Virus record (IMG/VR): IMGVR_UViG_3300045988_098681
Origin: a virus
DNA length: 64,000 nt
Reading direction: 5' to 3' (one strand)
Position numbers and translations under genes: made by a program. Of this stretch, positions 1-9,901 are shown one piece after another. How positions within the stretch are numbered: the stretch's first letter is position 1; each line of letters starts with the position of its first letter. The notes beneath the pieces are model-generated. The model was not told the DNA's origin. It saw nothing but the letters and a program-made list of their open reading frames with translations, and searched no databases.

Positions 1-1
1 C

Positions 2-934
2 TCATTTACTTATATCAATGCTCAACATATAGTGCTTGCAAGACAAGTATTTATGGAACTTACCGATGGGGTAAATACGCATAAAGTTGGGTTCACAGGG
101 GATATTAGTAATTACAAGTACAGGTATTGGCTCGATGACTTAGACAAGCTGCCAAAGTGCGATATTGTGGTTGGGGAATGTACTTACGCTAATCCCAAAC
201 GTGTTCATAAGAAAAAAGACAGAGATAGCGACCTTAAAAAAATCGACACAGCTATACAATATGCTCTTGAAAATGGCTCAAAAGTCATTATGCCAACATT
301 CTCTTTGAATCGTATGCAAGATATGTTGGCTATGTTATATGAGCATTTTGATGGAGAAAGCCCAATTAAAATATTGGTTGATTCGCCCCTTGGTATGAGC
401 ATTTCTAGGTTATGGGGTGGGTTGATAGATAGAGATTTAGACCTATGGCGCAGGATTTGTGAGTGGGAAGATGTGTATTACATTGATGATTTTAAGGATA
501 GTGTGCATTTTAGTAAAGTAAAAGAGCCTATGCTTATCTTGGCAGGTGGAGGTATGCTTAGTGGTGGTCGTGCAAGATATTGGTGTAAAGAGTGTTTATC
601 TGACAAGGATAATTACATTGTATTTACAGGTTATTCGACTCCTGATTCACCCGCAGGTCAAATCAAGTCCGGCAAGCTAAGAGAAATTAAACTTGATGGA
701 AAATTAGTAAAGACAAACGCTAAAGTAATCACCCTAAACTCTCTAAGCTCTCACTGTGACCATAACGAACTAATGGATTACTATACTACCATTGGATACA
801 ATAAACTCTATCTTGTACATGGCAACCAAGAGGATAAACTTAACTTTGCAAATGAGCTAAAAGAGCGATTGTCAAAAGAGTCCAAAACATGTAAAGTAAT
901 TGCGACAACGAATGATACAAAAGCGCATTTATAG
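2..934 (+). CDS. MBL-fold beta-CASP family nuclease, C-terminal part (gene begins upstream of window)
   Basis: The frame is open to the window edge. The C-terminal motifs LSSHCDHNEL and LVHGN resemble beta-CASP motifs B/C of RNase J/CPSF-type MBL nucleases. Confidence 0.55.
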   Translation, partial: SFTYINAQHIVLARQVFMELTDGVNTHKVGFTGDISNYKYRYWLDDLDKLPKCDIVVGECTYANPKRVHKKKDRDSDLKKIDTAIQYALENGSKVIMPTFSLNRMQDMLAMLYEHFDGESPIKILVDSPLGMSISRLWGGLIDRDLDLWRRICEWEDVYYIDDFKDSVHFSKVKEPMLILAGGGMLSGGRARYWCKECLSDKDNYIVFTGYSTPDSPAGQIKSGKLREIKLDGKLVKTNAKVITLNSLSSHCDHNELMDYYTTIGYNKLYLVHGNQEDKLNFANELKERLSKESKTCKVIATTNDTKAHL

Positions 935-943
935 GAGGTTCTT

Positions 944-1030
944 ATGTTTGGTGTAGGATTTGCTTGTGGCGTGATTATCACACTAATTGCCATTTATGTA
1001 TTTCCATTTGATGATGGAGATGGCGTATAA
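944..1030 (+). CDS. small hydrophobic peptide (28 aa), hypothetical
   Basis: ATG lies 6 nt after AGGAGG. The product MFGVGFACGVIITLIAIYVFPFDDGDGV has one predicted TM helix and is too short for the ORF track. Confidence 0.3.
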   Translation: MFGVGFACGVIITLIAIYVFPFDDGDGV

Positions 1031-1042
1031 AAAAATTAAAAA

Positions 1043-1070
1043 ATAGGGAAAGTTTTTTAACTTTCCCTAT
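1043..1070. terminator. 12-bp hairpin (ATAGGGAAAGTT/AACTTTCCCTAT) flanked by an A-rich tract
   Basis: Perfect inverted repeat with a TTTT loop. The T-tract exists only in the minus-strand reading, so it may insulate the early promoter from antisense transcription. Confidence 0.35.
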
Positions 1071-1098
1071 TGACATATATAGCTTCTTGTGATAAGAT
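1070..1098 (+). promoter_or_regulatory. sigma-A/sigma-70 type early promoter
   Basis: TTGACA (1070-1075), a 17-nt spacer, then TAAGAT (1093-1098) preceded by TGA (extended -10). It precedes a run of plus-strand genes. Confidence 0.6.
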
Positions 1099-1132
1099 AT
1101 AGAAAACAAAGAAAACCGAAAGGAGAAAAGTC

Positions 1133-1303
1133 ATGCTGACATCACAAAAAGAAGTTATTGAGGTATTATGGAAATTGGAGCAAGAGTATTTTGATAAAAT
1201 GATTTGTGCGATTCAAAAAGACCACAAGCCACTAGAAGAAAAATATAAGAACAAGTGTGACGCTATTGCTATAGCAAGAGCAGAGATTGCAGAAATGAGG
1301 TGA
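1133..1303 (+). CDS. hypothetical protein (56 aa)
   Basis: AAGGAG RBS lies 7 nt upstream of the ATG. The ORF is uninterrupted and ends 4 nt before the next gene; it is not in the ORF track (<60 aa). Confidence 0.45.
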   Translation: MLTSQKEVIEVLWKLEQEYFDKMICAIQKDHKPLEEKYKNKCDAIAIARAEIAEMR

Positions 1304-1307
1304 GAAT

Positions 1308-1544
1308 ATGTTTGCACAAATTGTTATGGGTATTGTTGGGCTATTATGGATTTTCCCATTTATATGGTTCGCATTTGGTGAAGAAAATACTTGGTGGGTG
1401 ATGAGCTTGATTATATCAATCGGTGCAATCATAGCCCTCACAGGATTAACCAAAGTTTTTGATGCTATTGACAAAGAAACAAGAACAAAAGGTAATGACG
1501 TATTCTATCTATATGACTATACAGATTTGTGGGGTGATAAATAA
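1308..1544 (+). CDS. membrane protein, hypothetical
   Basis: GAGGTGA RBS; two hydrophobic helices; stop overlaps the next start (ATAATG). Confidence 0.6.
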   Translation: MFAQIVMGIVGLLWIFPFIWFAFGEENTWWVMSLIISIGAIIALTGLTKVFDAIDKETRTKGNDVFYLYDYTDLWGDK

Positions 1545-1864
1545 TGTTTATGTTTTTATGTGTATTGTTTATCATTATTCCTGCATTTATAGATTACGCG
1601 TTACTTAGAGACTTACCAAATGCTTGGGTTATGTTCGCAACACTTGGGTTTTGGCTAGTTGTAGTAATAGCATTTTCTATCTCTAGGATTTGCAAGAAAG
1701 AACAGCTAGAAAAGCAACAAGAGCTTGCAAGAGAAGAAATTATGCGTCAACAAGAGGAACAAGCTAGAAGGATAAAAGAAGAACGAGAAAGGGTTAAAGA
1801 AAGAAACAAAGCAGAAAGACCTAAGAACGACAGATTTGTTATGAGGGAGGATAAAAATGTTTAG
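1544..1864 (+). CDS. membrane protein with highly charged (E/R/K) C-terminal helix, hypothetical
   Basis: Two N-terminal TM segments followed by a QQELAREEIMRQQEEQARRIKEERERVKERNK tract. Confidence 0.6.
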   Translation: MFMFLCVLFIIIPAFIDYALLRDLPNAWVMFATLGFWLVVVIAFSISRICKKEQLEKQQELAREEIMRQQEEQARRIKEERERVKERNKAERPKNDRFVMREDKNV

Positions 1865-2117
1865 AGACGAAAGAATGTTTTGTTTATATAAGATTAAAGG
1901 TTTAGACAACAAACCTAAACACGAACAATGGGTTGGTAAGAAAGGCTATATCTTAGGAATTGTATTGGCAGGCACAAGATTAGACTTCTTGATTGCCAAC
2001 ACTAATGAACTTTTAACCACATCGACTATCATAGATTTTGAACTCACACCAAATGGATACATCATCGAAACCGAAAATAGCATCTATTACTTTGAGGAGG
2101 TTGAAAATGTTGTATAA
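1857..2117 (+). CDS. hypothetical protein, paralog of 2107-2391
   Basis: GGGAGG RBS. The C-terminus TENSIYYFEEVENVV matches TENSVYVLYEVEENVA of the next gene. Confidence 0.6.
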   Translation: MFRDERMFCLYKIKGLDNKPKHEQWVGKKGYILGIVLAGTRLDFLIANTNELLTTSTIIDFELTPNGYIIETENSIYYFEEVENVV

Positions 2118-2391
2118 GATTGGCAAGATTACAACACATGATGGGGTGGATAAGGTTGATAAAGATTCACTCAATCGCCTTGGCAGAGTAGGAGAAGTTG
2201 AGATTTGCGAGTCCAATTTATTCGATTGTGAATACATGTTATTTAAACCAAATAACGATCCTGCTCGATCATCATATGAAGGCTTTACTACGAGTGGCAT
2301 TTTAAGGATTGTCAATGGTGATAATATGAAAGTTATTGTAACGGAAAACAGTGTTTATGTATTATACGAGGTGGAAGAAAATGTTGCTTAA
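2107..2391 (+). CDS. hypothetical protein, paralog of 1857-2117
   Basis: An internal ATG preceded by GAGGAGG was chosen over the longer ORF-track start at 2038. Confidence 0.55.
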   Translation: MLYKIGKITTHDGVDKVDKDSLNRLGRVGEVEICESNLFDCEYMLFKPNNDPARSSYEGFTTSGILRIVNGDNMKVIVTENSVYVLYEVEENVA

Positions 2392-2635
2392 ATTTAAAGG
2401 ATCGAAAGGTTGGCGAGATATAAAGAGCAGTGTTAAAACTGTACATGAGGCTTATAGGCTAATCAATGATGACCTAAGAGAAAATTACCCCCATTTTACT
2501 AGTTACTATAAACGAACATGGATGGAAGATGGGCGATTAAAATTTGATGTAGGCGATTATAGTTGTTTTTATTATTTGGAACTTGAGGAGGGAGAAGAAT
2601 GGGAAAACGTGGTGCAGGAATCACTGTTAAGGTAA
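2381..2635 (+). CDS. hypothetical protein
   Basis: ATG at 2381 follows GAGGTGGAAG; the ORF-track start at 2351 overlaps the previous gene more heavily. Confidence 0.5.
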   Translation: MLLKFKGSKGWRDIKSSVKTVHEAYRLINDDLRENYPHFTSYYKRTWMEDGRLKFDVGDYSCFYYLELEEGEEWENVVQESLLR

Positions 2636-3006
2636 AAAAACCATTTCATAACGAAAGTTATTTTGCCAATATGTCATATTATTTTTGTGGAGATTTAGTT
2701 CCACAAGATGAAGAATTTGATATATGCTATTGGGAAAAGAAAGATGACATTGTAGAGCAAATTTGGAATAAATTAGAAAGCAGACCAGATTATTTTACAA
2801 ATACGGTAAGTGGTAAACATGTAGCAAAATTAGGTGTAAGTGAAATTGGGGATATTTTAAGTGTTTTATTTGAATCGTTATGCACAGATTGGGTACAAAC
2901 AGAAAATTCATTCTGGTGGACGAAAAAACAGATTTGTTCACTTGTGTATGTTGAAACTTTGTTAAATCAAGGTTTGGTTGAGGTAGAATGGTATGATTGG
3001 ATATAA
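2599..3006 (+). CDS. hypothetical protein
   Basis: GAGGAGGG RBS; 135-aa ORF in the operon. Confidence 0.6.
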   Translation: MGKRGAGITVKVKKPFHNESYFANMSYYFCGDLVPQDEEFDICYWEKKDDIVEQIWNKLESRPDYFTNTVSGKHVAKLGVSEIGDILSVLFESLCTDWVQTENSFWWTKKQICSLVYVETLLNQGLVEVEWYDWI

Positions 3007-6000
3007 AATTAAACAAATTATTCCAACGCTTTCGTTTAATTTCCCTTACAGTGCAGATGAATGGTCTCAATCTTTACTTATAGAAAATTATCATTCACAT
3101 ACAGGATTTTCAAATACAACAATTATGGATTCTCCCGTAAGTGTGCAAGATTATGTTAATCGTATCCATGAACTTGGTGGCAAATGCTTGTTTAGTGGTG
3201 AACATGGGTCACAAGGTAATCATATCGAAGTGTATGATATTGCATCAAAGAACGGACTAAAATATGTTCACTCAACAGAAGCGTATTGGGTTAAAGATAG
3301 GCATGAACAAGATAATACAAATTGTCATATTTGCATTATTGCACTTAATGCCGAAGCAAGACAAGAATTAAATTATATTTTATCTATTGCCAATGAAGAT
3401 GGTTATTACTATAGACCACGATTAGACTTAGAGTTGATACTTGGGTTAAACCCGAAAGATTTTATCGTAACAAGTGCATGTATTGCCGGTTGGAGTTATG
3501 AAGATGCAGATGAGATTTGGTTAAAAATAGCCAAACATTTTGGTGAAAACTTTTTCTTTGAAGTGCAAAATCACAATACAACCAAGCAAAAAGAATTAAA
3601 TCAACACATTCTATCACTTGCAAAAGAACATAGTATTGATATTATATGTGGTCTTGACAGTCACTACATTTACGAAGAAGAATCTATTAAACGTGATTGT
3701 ATTGTCAAATTTAAGAAAAGCGAGAATGAAGATGAACTAGGTTGGTATATGGACTATCCAAGTGGCAAAGAAGTTTATCTTAGATTTGTGGAACAAGGTA
3801 TTCTTACCGAAGAACAAATTTTACGAGCCATGATGAACACCAATGTGTTTGTTGTTAAGTGCCAAGAAATTATTCTTGATAAACATTTTAAGATTCCTAT
3901 ATATTATAAGGGAACGACTTATGATGAGAGAGTGGGAATTTTTAAGAGTTTATTAAATGAACGATACCAAGAAGAAAAACTTAAATCGCAAGATAAAATT
4001 AAAGGCATACAATATGAAACTGAACAAGTTATTGATAGTCATGTAGTAGACTATTTCTTAACAAATTACCATATTGTTAAAGATGCTATTGAAAAAGAAG
4101 GAGGTGTTTTGACCCCTACATCTCGTGGTAGTGCTGCTTCATTCATTATAAATAAACTCTTAGGCTTTACAACAATGGATAGGTACAATTCAGAAATTCC
4201 TATCTATCCAGAACGATTCCTTACAAAAGAACGTGTTCAAGCAGGTCAAATGCCAGATATTGACCTTAATATTGCAAAACAAGAACCTTTTGTTAGGGCA
4301 TCGAGAAACATTTTAGGAGAACATGGTTGTTATCCTTTAATGGCAATCGGTTACATGAAAGAGAAGGCTGCATGGCAACTATATTCAAAAGTCAATGGAA
4401 CTGACCCACAAACAGCAAATGATATATCTAAATACATTGACAAATATAACGATGCTCTTAAATATGCAGAAGATGATGAAAAGGATTTTATCAAAGTGGA
4501 AGATTATATCCCAAGCGAGTATGTTGATTTATACAACGAAAGCAAAGAATATCAATCTATTGTTGATGGGTTAAAGTGCCATGCTTGTGGGCACTTGATA
4601 TTTGATGGAGATATTCGTAGGGAAATTGGACTTATCAGTGCTGTTTCTAAAGCATCAGGGAAAAGAACATTGGTGGCTTGTGTAGAAGGCAAATATCTTG
4701 ATGATTATGGATATGTAAAGGATGATTTTCTTATCGTAGATTCTGTTGCGTTGATGAATGAGTGCTTTGAGGAAATAGGAGAAAAAGTTCCATCTTTTGA
4801 CGAACTTAGAGAAATGGTACAAAATGATGAGCTGACATGGGGCATTTACGAAAATGGAATTACTTGTTGTGTTAATCAGCTTGAGAAAGATTCTACTGCT
4901 CAAAAAGCTATGTCTTATAAGCCAAAGAATCTTGCAGAACTTGCTGCTTTTATTGCGGGCATTCGCCCCGGATTTGCTTCATTGTTGCCAACATTTTTAA
5001 AGCGGGGATCATATTCAACTGGAGAGCCAAGAATTGATGAATTACTGGAAGATAGTTATCATTTTATGCTTTATCAAGAATCGATTATGAAAATACTATC
5101 ATTTTTAGATGTTCCAATGGGCGATAGTTATGGAGTCATAAAGAGTATAAGCAAGAAAAAACTAAAAGGAGAAAAGAAAGAAAATCTTAAAAAGCAACTT
5201 ATCCAAGCATGGAAAGAACATTTTGGTAACACAGATAAATTTGACGAAGTATGGAATGTAATTGAAGATTCTGCTCGATATAGCTTCAATGCCCCACATG
5301 CTTTAGCGATGGCAGGAGATAGTGCTTATTTAGCATGGTTCAAGGCTCATCATACATCTGTATTCTATGAAGTTGCAATTAACCACTATTTAAATAAGGG
5401 TAATAAAAAGAAAATGAATGCTTTAACTGATGAAGCTAAAGAAAAGTATGGATATAAAATTGCAACATATCAATATGGTGATGATAACACAAAAACCAAT
5501 GTCTCAGATGAAAAAAAACTTATTTATCCATCAATGAGTTTAATTAAGGGAATGCAAGCATCAGCACCTTATACACTGTTAAAAATAAAAGAGCAGAATC
5601 CTCAAGATGTAGTTGAACTAATGAAAGTGATTGGTGAAACTAAAACAATGTCAACCAAGAAAGAAGAAAAATTAAATGACTCATCATTAGCCAAACTTAT
5701 CCGTATAGGATATTTCAACCAATTTGGTACGATCAACGAGCTGTTAATCGCCAAGGAAATCTATAACACATACGGTACAAAGAAAACGCTCAAAAAACCA
5801 TGCGAGTTTGATGTTGAGGGGTGTTTTGGCAAGGAGACAGAAAAACAATACTCGCAGCTTGACAATTTAGCCCTTTGTCGCAAGATATTCACTCAACATA
5901 CTATCCCAAGCGACAACGAATATGCCCTTATCCAAAACCAAATTGAGATTATGGGATACACAATGCTCACAATACCAAACGCACCAATGAACTATTTTGC

Positions 6001-6289
6001 CCTACAAGGCGTTGAAGTGAACAAGTATGGCACACCATTCGTTAAACTTTATAGGCTCTACGATGGTGGTGTGATCGAGTGTAAGATGAATAAGAAATAC
6101 TTTGAAGAGCATCCGTTTAATAAGGACAATAGCGGCAAGTTTATGGCAGGACAAATTATGAAGTGTGCCTTTAAGAACAAAGAGAAACGTAAAAAGGTTG
6201 ATGGTAATTGGGTGCTTAGTGGCGAGTTTGAGTATGTACTTAGTGCTTATGTAGATGTGGAAGGGAAGAAGAATGATGGAATTAAATAA
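2993..6289 (+). CDS. DNA polymerase III alpha-subunit-like (DnaE-type, PHP domain) replicative polymerase
   Basis: N-terminal PHP signature (YHSHTGFSN...GEHG). FNAPHALAMAGDSAYLAWFKAHH resembles the DnaE K/SHAAAYA...AYLKAHYP fingers motif. Length 1098 aa. Confidence 0.8.
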   Translation: MIGYKIKQIIPTLSFNFPYSADEWSQSLLIENYHSHTGFSNTTIMDSPVSVQDYVNRIHELGGKCLFSGEHGSQGNHIEVYDIASKNGLKYVHSTEAYWVKDRHEQDNTNCHICIIALNAEARQELNYILSIANEDGYYYRPRLDLELILGLNPKDFIVTSACIAGWSYEDADEIWLKIAKHFGENFFFEVQNHNTTKQKELNQHILSLAKEHSIDIICGLDSHYIYEEESIKRDCIVKFKKSENEDELGWYMDYPSGKEVYLRFVEQGILTEEQILRAMMNTNVFVVKCQEIILDKHFKIPIYYKGTTYDERVGIFKSLLNERYQEEKLKSQDKIKGIQYETEQVIDSHVVDYFLTNYHIVKDAIEKEGGVLTPTSRGSAASFIINKLLGFTTMDRYNSEIPIYPERFLTKERVQAGQMPDIDLNIAKQEPFVRASRNILGEHGCYPLMAIGYMKEKAAWQLYSKVNGTDPQTANDISKYIDKYNDALKYAEDDEKDFIKVEDYIPSEYVDLYNESKEYQSIVDGLKCHACGHLIFDGDIRREIGLISAVSKASGKRTLVACVEGKYLDDYGYVKDDFLIVDSVALMNECFEEIGEKVPSFDELREMVQNDELTWGIYENGITCCVNQLEKDSTAQKAMSYKPKNLAELAAFIAGIRPGFASLLPTFLKRGSYSTGEPRIDELLEDSYHFMLYQESIMKILSFLDVPMGDSYGVIKSISKKKLKGEKKENLKKQLIQAWKEHFGNTDKFDEVWNVIEDSARYSFNAPHALAMAGDSAYLAWFKAHHTSVFYEVAINHYLNKGNKKKMNALTDEAKEKYGYKIATYQYGDDNTKTNVSDEKKLIYPSMSLIKGMQASAPYTLLKIKEQNPQDVVELMKVIGETKTMSTKKEEKLNDSSLAKLIRIGYFNQFGTINELLIAKEIYNTYGTKKTLKKPCEFDVEGCFGKETEKQYSQLDNLALCRKIFTQHTIPSDNEYALIQNQIEIMGYTMLTIPNAPMNYFALQGVEVNKYGTPFVKLYRLYDGGVIECKMNKKYFEEHPFNKDNSGKFMAGQIMKCAFKNKEKRKKVDGNWVLSGEFEYVLSAYVDVEGKKNDGIK

Positions 6290-6923
6290 AATTTACAATG
6301 GAAACTGTTTCGATTTATTTGAACAATTAGAAGATAAAAGCATTGATGTTGTTTTTACTTCGCCCCCTTATAATAGAAAAAGAAATGATAAATACACTTT
6401 TTACAATGATACTTTAGTTGATTATTATTCCTTTTTAATGTACTTTATCGAAGAAAGTCGCAGGGTTGCAAAAGATAAGGTAATAGTAAATATTCAAACC
6501 AACTACTATAATCAATCAGAAGTATATCACATTATAGGCACTTACGCAGACATGATTAAGCAAATTATCATTTGGGAAAAAACTAATCCTATGCCGGCAA
6601 GTGGTTATAATATTACAAATGCGTATGAGATGTTTTTAGTAATAGGCGATAAGCCTCTTAAATCTAATACTACTTATACAAAAAATGTTATTTCAACATC
6701 GGTTAATTCTTCTATGCCAAAAGAACACAAAGCGGTAATGAAGCAAGAAGTGTCTGATTGGTTTATTGAGAAGTTTACAAGCGAAGGTAATGTTATATTA
6801 GACCCATTTATGGGAATTGGAACAACTGCTATATCTTGCAAAAAAATGAATAGAAAATATATCGGCTTCGAAATGATTAAAGAATATTGCGAGATGGCTG
6901 AAAAAAGAATAGAAAATGCTTGA
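6273..6923 (+). CDS. DNA methyltransferase (beta-class N6-adenine/N4-cytosine)
   Basis: Motif IV is DVVFTSPPYN and motif I is ILDPFMGIGTT, in the IV...I order of the beta class. Start taken at ATGATG after GAAGGGAAG. Confidence 0.8.
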   Translation: MMELNKIYNGNCFDLFEQLEDKSIDVVFTSPPYNRKRNDKYTFYNDTLVDYYSFLMYFIEESRRVAKDKVIVNIQTNYYNQSEVYHIIGTYADMIKQIIIWEKTNPMPASGYNITNAYEMFLVIGDKPLKSNTTYTKNVISTSVNSSMPKEHKAVMKQEVSDWFIEKFTSEGNVILDPFMGIGTTAISCKKMNRKYIGFEMIKEYCEMAEKRIENA

Positions 6924-6948
6924 CACCACCCCAAACCTATGCTATACT
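6920..6948 (+). promoter_or_regulatory. sigma-A type promoter overlapping the methyltransferase stop codon
   Basis: TTGACA (6920-6925), a 17-nt spacer, then TATACT (6943-6948) preceded by TGC. The MTase TGA stop lies inside the -35 element. Confidence 0.6.
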
Positions 6949-6969
6949 ACCCATATAAGGAGGTAGAAC

Positions 6970-9312
6970 ATGAAAACAAAAATTCATTGTAAAGTCGTTC
7001 GTAACGTCTTTACAGACAACGATGGTACATTCTCAATTTATGGGTGTGTGCCATCAAAAAACGATTTAGATAAAATCCACCTCAACAAGTATGGGAACTT
7101 CACACTTAAAGGCAATTTGAGTCTACTTGAAGTTGGAGAGGACTATACTGTTGAGGTAGAAGAAAAAAGTGGCTCATACGGCTATGAGTATTGGTTAGTA
7201 GGCTTTCCAGAGATAGAAGATTTTGACGTATCTAACGTTAAAGAAATCACAGATGACCAAGAAGCAGAAATGCTCAAATCTTTTATGACTCTTAGCCAAG
7301 CAAAATACGTTCACGAAGCCTATCCGAACTTTATTCGTTTAGTGCTTATGGGTGAACAAGACAAGATTGATTACAAAAATATTCACAATGTAGCCGAAAT
7401 TCGACTCAAAGGATATATTAACAAAGTCAACGAAAGGTTCAAGTATTATAAACTTCATCTTGATAATCCACAATACGAATTATCTATAGGTGATTGCTGG
7501 ACGCTTTGTTCAACATATTCGACCATACAAGAGTCAAACTTGGCACTTGCGACCAAGCCTTACGAGGTGCTTATTGATGTACTTGGCAGAGGCTTTCAAG
7601 AAGCCGACAGAATGATATGTGAGTACGATAACAAGTGGGGAGATTCCGAAGCAAGGTGCTTATACTTGACTTGTTACTTACTTGAGTGCAATGAGGAAGA
7701 TGGCAACACGAGAATCAATGGAGCGCAAATCGCTAACGTAATCAATCAATACAATCCGCAACTTAACAAGCACATAGTTGAGCTAGTGGAGAAAAGTGAT
7801 AAGGTTTACTATGATAAACAAACTAAGGACTTATCGTTAATGAAAACATACATTAGTGAGTGCAACATAGCTCAAACGATAAAGCAAAAGACTAAGAAGC
7901 CACAGGTGTGGAACATTGATATTGAAAAGTATCGAGTAAATGAAAATATCACACTTACTGATGAACAAATGGGCATTTTAGAGCTTGTATGTAACTATGA
8001 TTTTGCAATGCTTATGGGAAATAGCGGAAGCGGGAAATCAAGTTCTGTCAAAGCCCTTATCTCGCTCCTTGAGGACAATAACAAGTCTTACACCCTTCTT
8101 GCCCCAAGCGGAATTGCAGCCAAACGCCTTCGTGAAACAACAGGTCGCGAAGCAAGCACAATTCATAGACGTATCATGTCAAGCAACGATATTGAGAGCG
8201 ATGTTGTAGTTATTGATGAGGTGTCTATGGTCGATGTTCATTTGTTCTCGACTTTACTCAATCAAATTGCAAGCTATGCAAAGATTATTCTCGTGTTCGA
8301 TTCCGCTCAACTTGCCTCAATTCAATGTGGCAACTTAGTGCAAGATATGATGGATTCACACGTTGTTCCATGCGCAGAACTTACTAAGGTTTTCCGCTAT
8401 GGTATCGGTGGAATTGCAACCGTTGGTGCAGATGCTAGGAACGGAAGAGAATACTTAACAAGTGATGGAGAACTTAATTGTGAAAATGCCGAGAATATTA
8501 AAGACTACGAGTTTATAGAGGTTAATGATGAACCGCTTGAACAAGTTATGAGTGCATATGCAAAGTTAAGAGAAAAGTACGATGTAAAAGATATTCTTGT
8601 GCTTACACCATATAACAAGGGCAATTTTGGTACTTACGCAATCAACCAAGCAATTCAAGAAAAGTACAATCCTGCTGACCCTGTTGACGATGTAGTATCA
8701 AGAAAACTTCCACCATCACTAGGAGTTCCAATGAAAACCCTTAACTATCATATTGGCGATAAGGTTATTAACAAGAAAAATAACTATCATGCACTAACAG
8801 ATGAGGGGTTTGAACATTACTTGCAAGAACAAAAGTTAAGGCTCAAGATAGATGAATATAAAGTCAAGTTTGGGGCAAATGATGAAGGTGTTTTAGACCT
8901 TGAGGATACACTTAGAATGATGGAAGAACAAGAGCCACCCGAAGCCACAATATATAATGGTGATATTGGGTTCATTAAACACATTGACGATAAAGGTAAT
9001 GTATGGGTGCAATTTGATGAAGATATGATTGTGTGTCGTAAAAGCGACCTTGAAAACTTACTCCTTGCTTATGCCTGCACTAGCCATGCGAGCCAAGGTT
9101 GTGAAGCAAAGGGAGTTATTTTCTTAACCCACCCTAGTCAAAAGCGCATGTTGTCAAGGAACTTATGTTACATGTCGCTCACAAGAGCCAAAGAACACTT
9201 AATCGAGATTGGTGATATTTCAACTATCAATAATGCGCTCAAAGTCAATGAAACAAGATTGCGTTACACGTGGCTCAGGGAACTTTTGGAGGAAGATAAA
9301 GATGTTAAATGA
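6970..9312 (+). CDS. RecD/RecD2-like SF1 DNA helicase
   Basis: Walker A is GNSGSGKSS and Walker B is VVVIDEVSMVD. Also present are FDSAQLASIQCGN (motif III-like) and TSHASQGCEAKGVIFL (motif V/VI-like). Confidence 0.8.
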   Translation: MKTKIHCKVVRNVFTDNDGTFSIYGCVPSKNDLDKIHLNKYGNFTLKGNLSLLEVGEDYTVEVEEKSGSYGYEYWLVGFPEIEDFDVSNVKEITDDQEAEMLKSFMTLSQAKYVHEAYPNFIRLVLMGEQDKIDYKNIHNVAEIRLKGYINKVNERFKYYKLHLDNPQYELSIGDCWTLCSTYSTIQESNLALATKPYEVLIDVLGRGFQEADRMICEYDNKWGDSEARCLYLTCYLLECNEEDGNTRINGAQIANVINQYNPQLNKHIVELVEKSDKVYYDKQTKDLSLMKTYISECNIAQTIKQKTKKPQVWNIDIEKYRVNENITLTDEQMGILELVCNYDFAMLMGNSGSGKSSSVKALISLLEDNNKSYTLLAPSGIAAKRLRETTGREASTIHRRIMSSNDIESDVVVIDEVSMVDVHLFSTLLNQIASYAKIILVFDSAQLASIQCGNLVQDMMDSHVVPCAELTKVFRYGIGGIATVGADARNGREYLTSDGELNCENAENIKDYEFIEVNDEPLEQVMSAYAKLREKYDVKDILVLTPYNKGNFGTYAINQAIQEKYNPADPVDDVVSRKLPPSLGVPMKTLNYHIGDKVINKKNNYHALTDEGFEHYLQEQKLRLKIDEYKVKFGANDEGVLDLEDTLRMMEEQEPPEATIYNGDIGFIKHIDDKGNVWVQFDEDMIVCRKSDLENLLLAYACTSHASQGCEAKGVIFLTHPSQKRMLSRNLCYMSLTRAKEHLIEIGDISTINNALKVNETRLRYTWLRELLEEDKDVK

Positions 9313-9901
9313 TAAGCAAAGAAAGTTCATAGAGGATAACATAAAACTCGTTTACAAGTTTTGCGCTAGGTACAACATTACTGACGAGGACGATATTAGC
9401 GACTTTGTATGCAAGTTTTGCGAGCTTGTAGAAAGTGATGCTTACGATGAAGATAGAGGTAAATTCTCTACCTTCATTTGGGCATCGCTCAACAACTACG
9501 CTCACTATCGCTATGAGGGTCAAAATGCCCTTAAACGTAACCTTGCCGAAGGTGAAAGATTCGTCTATTTAAACAAAATGATTGCTAATGGAAAAAGCGA
9601 CAAAGAGGACGAAACAGAAATACAAGAATTGGTTCAAACTCGTAATGATTACTTTGACGAGGTTGACTTAGGCATAGCGATTGAAAAAATGCGTAAGGCA
9701 GCTAGAGAACGTGATAATAGAAAAAAGTGCAAAAGGCGCATATCAAACGAAAAAATGCTCGATATTGTTCTCTACTATTACAAACACGAGAACGGCGAAA
9801 TGAATATTACAGAGGTCGCTCGTGCGCTTCATACTACAAAACAGACTGTATTTAACAATTTGCAAGAATTAAGAAAGTCGGCAAAGAGGTGTTTAGAATG
9901 A
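9302..9901 (+). CDS. sigma-70 family (phage-type) sigma factor 1
   Basis: ATG follows GGAGGAAG. It has a region-2-like N-terminus and a C-terminal HTH (ITEVARALHTTKQTVFNNLQELRK). It is a paralog of the next gene (both contain GKFST). Confidence 0.6.
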   Translation: MLNDKQRKFIEDNIKLVYKFCARYNITDEDDISDFVCKFCELVESDAYDEDRGKFSTFIWASLNNYAHYRYEGQNALKRNLAEGERFVYLNKMIANGKSDKEDETEIQELVQTRNDYFDEVDLGIAIEKMRKAARERDNRKKCKRRISNEKMLDIVLYYYKHENGEMNITEVARALHTTKQTVFNNLQELRKSAKRCLE

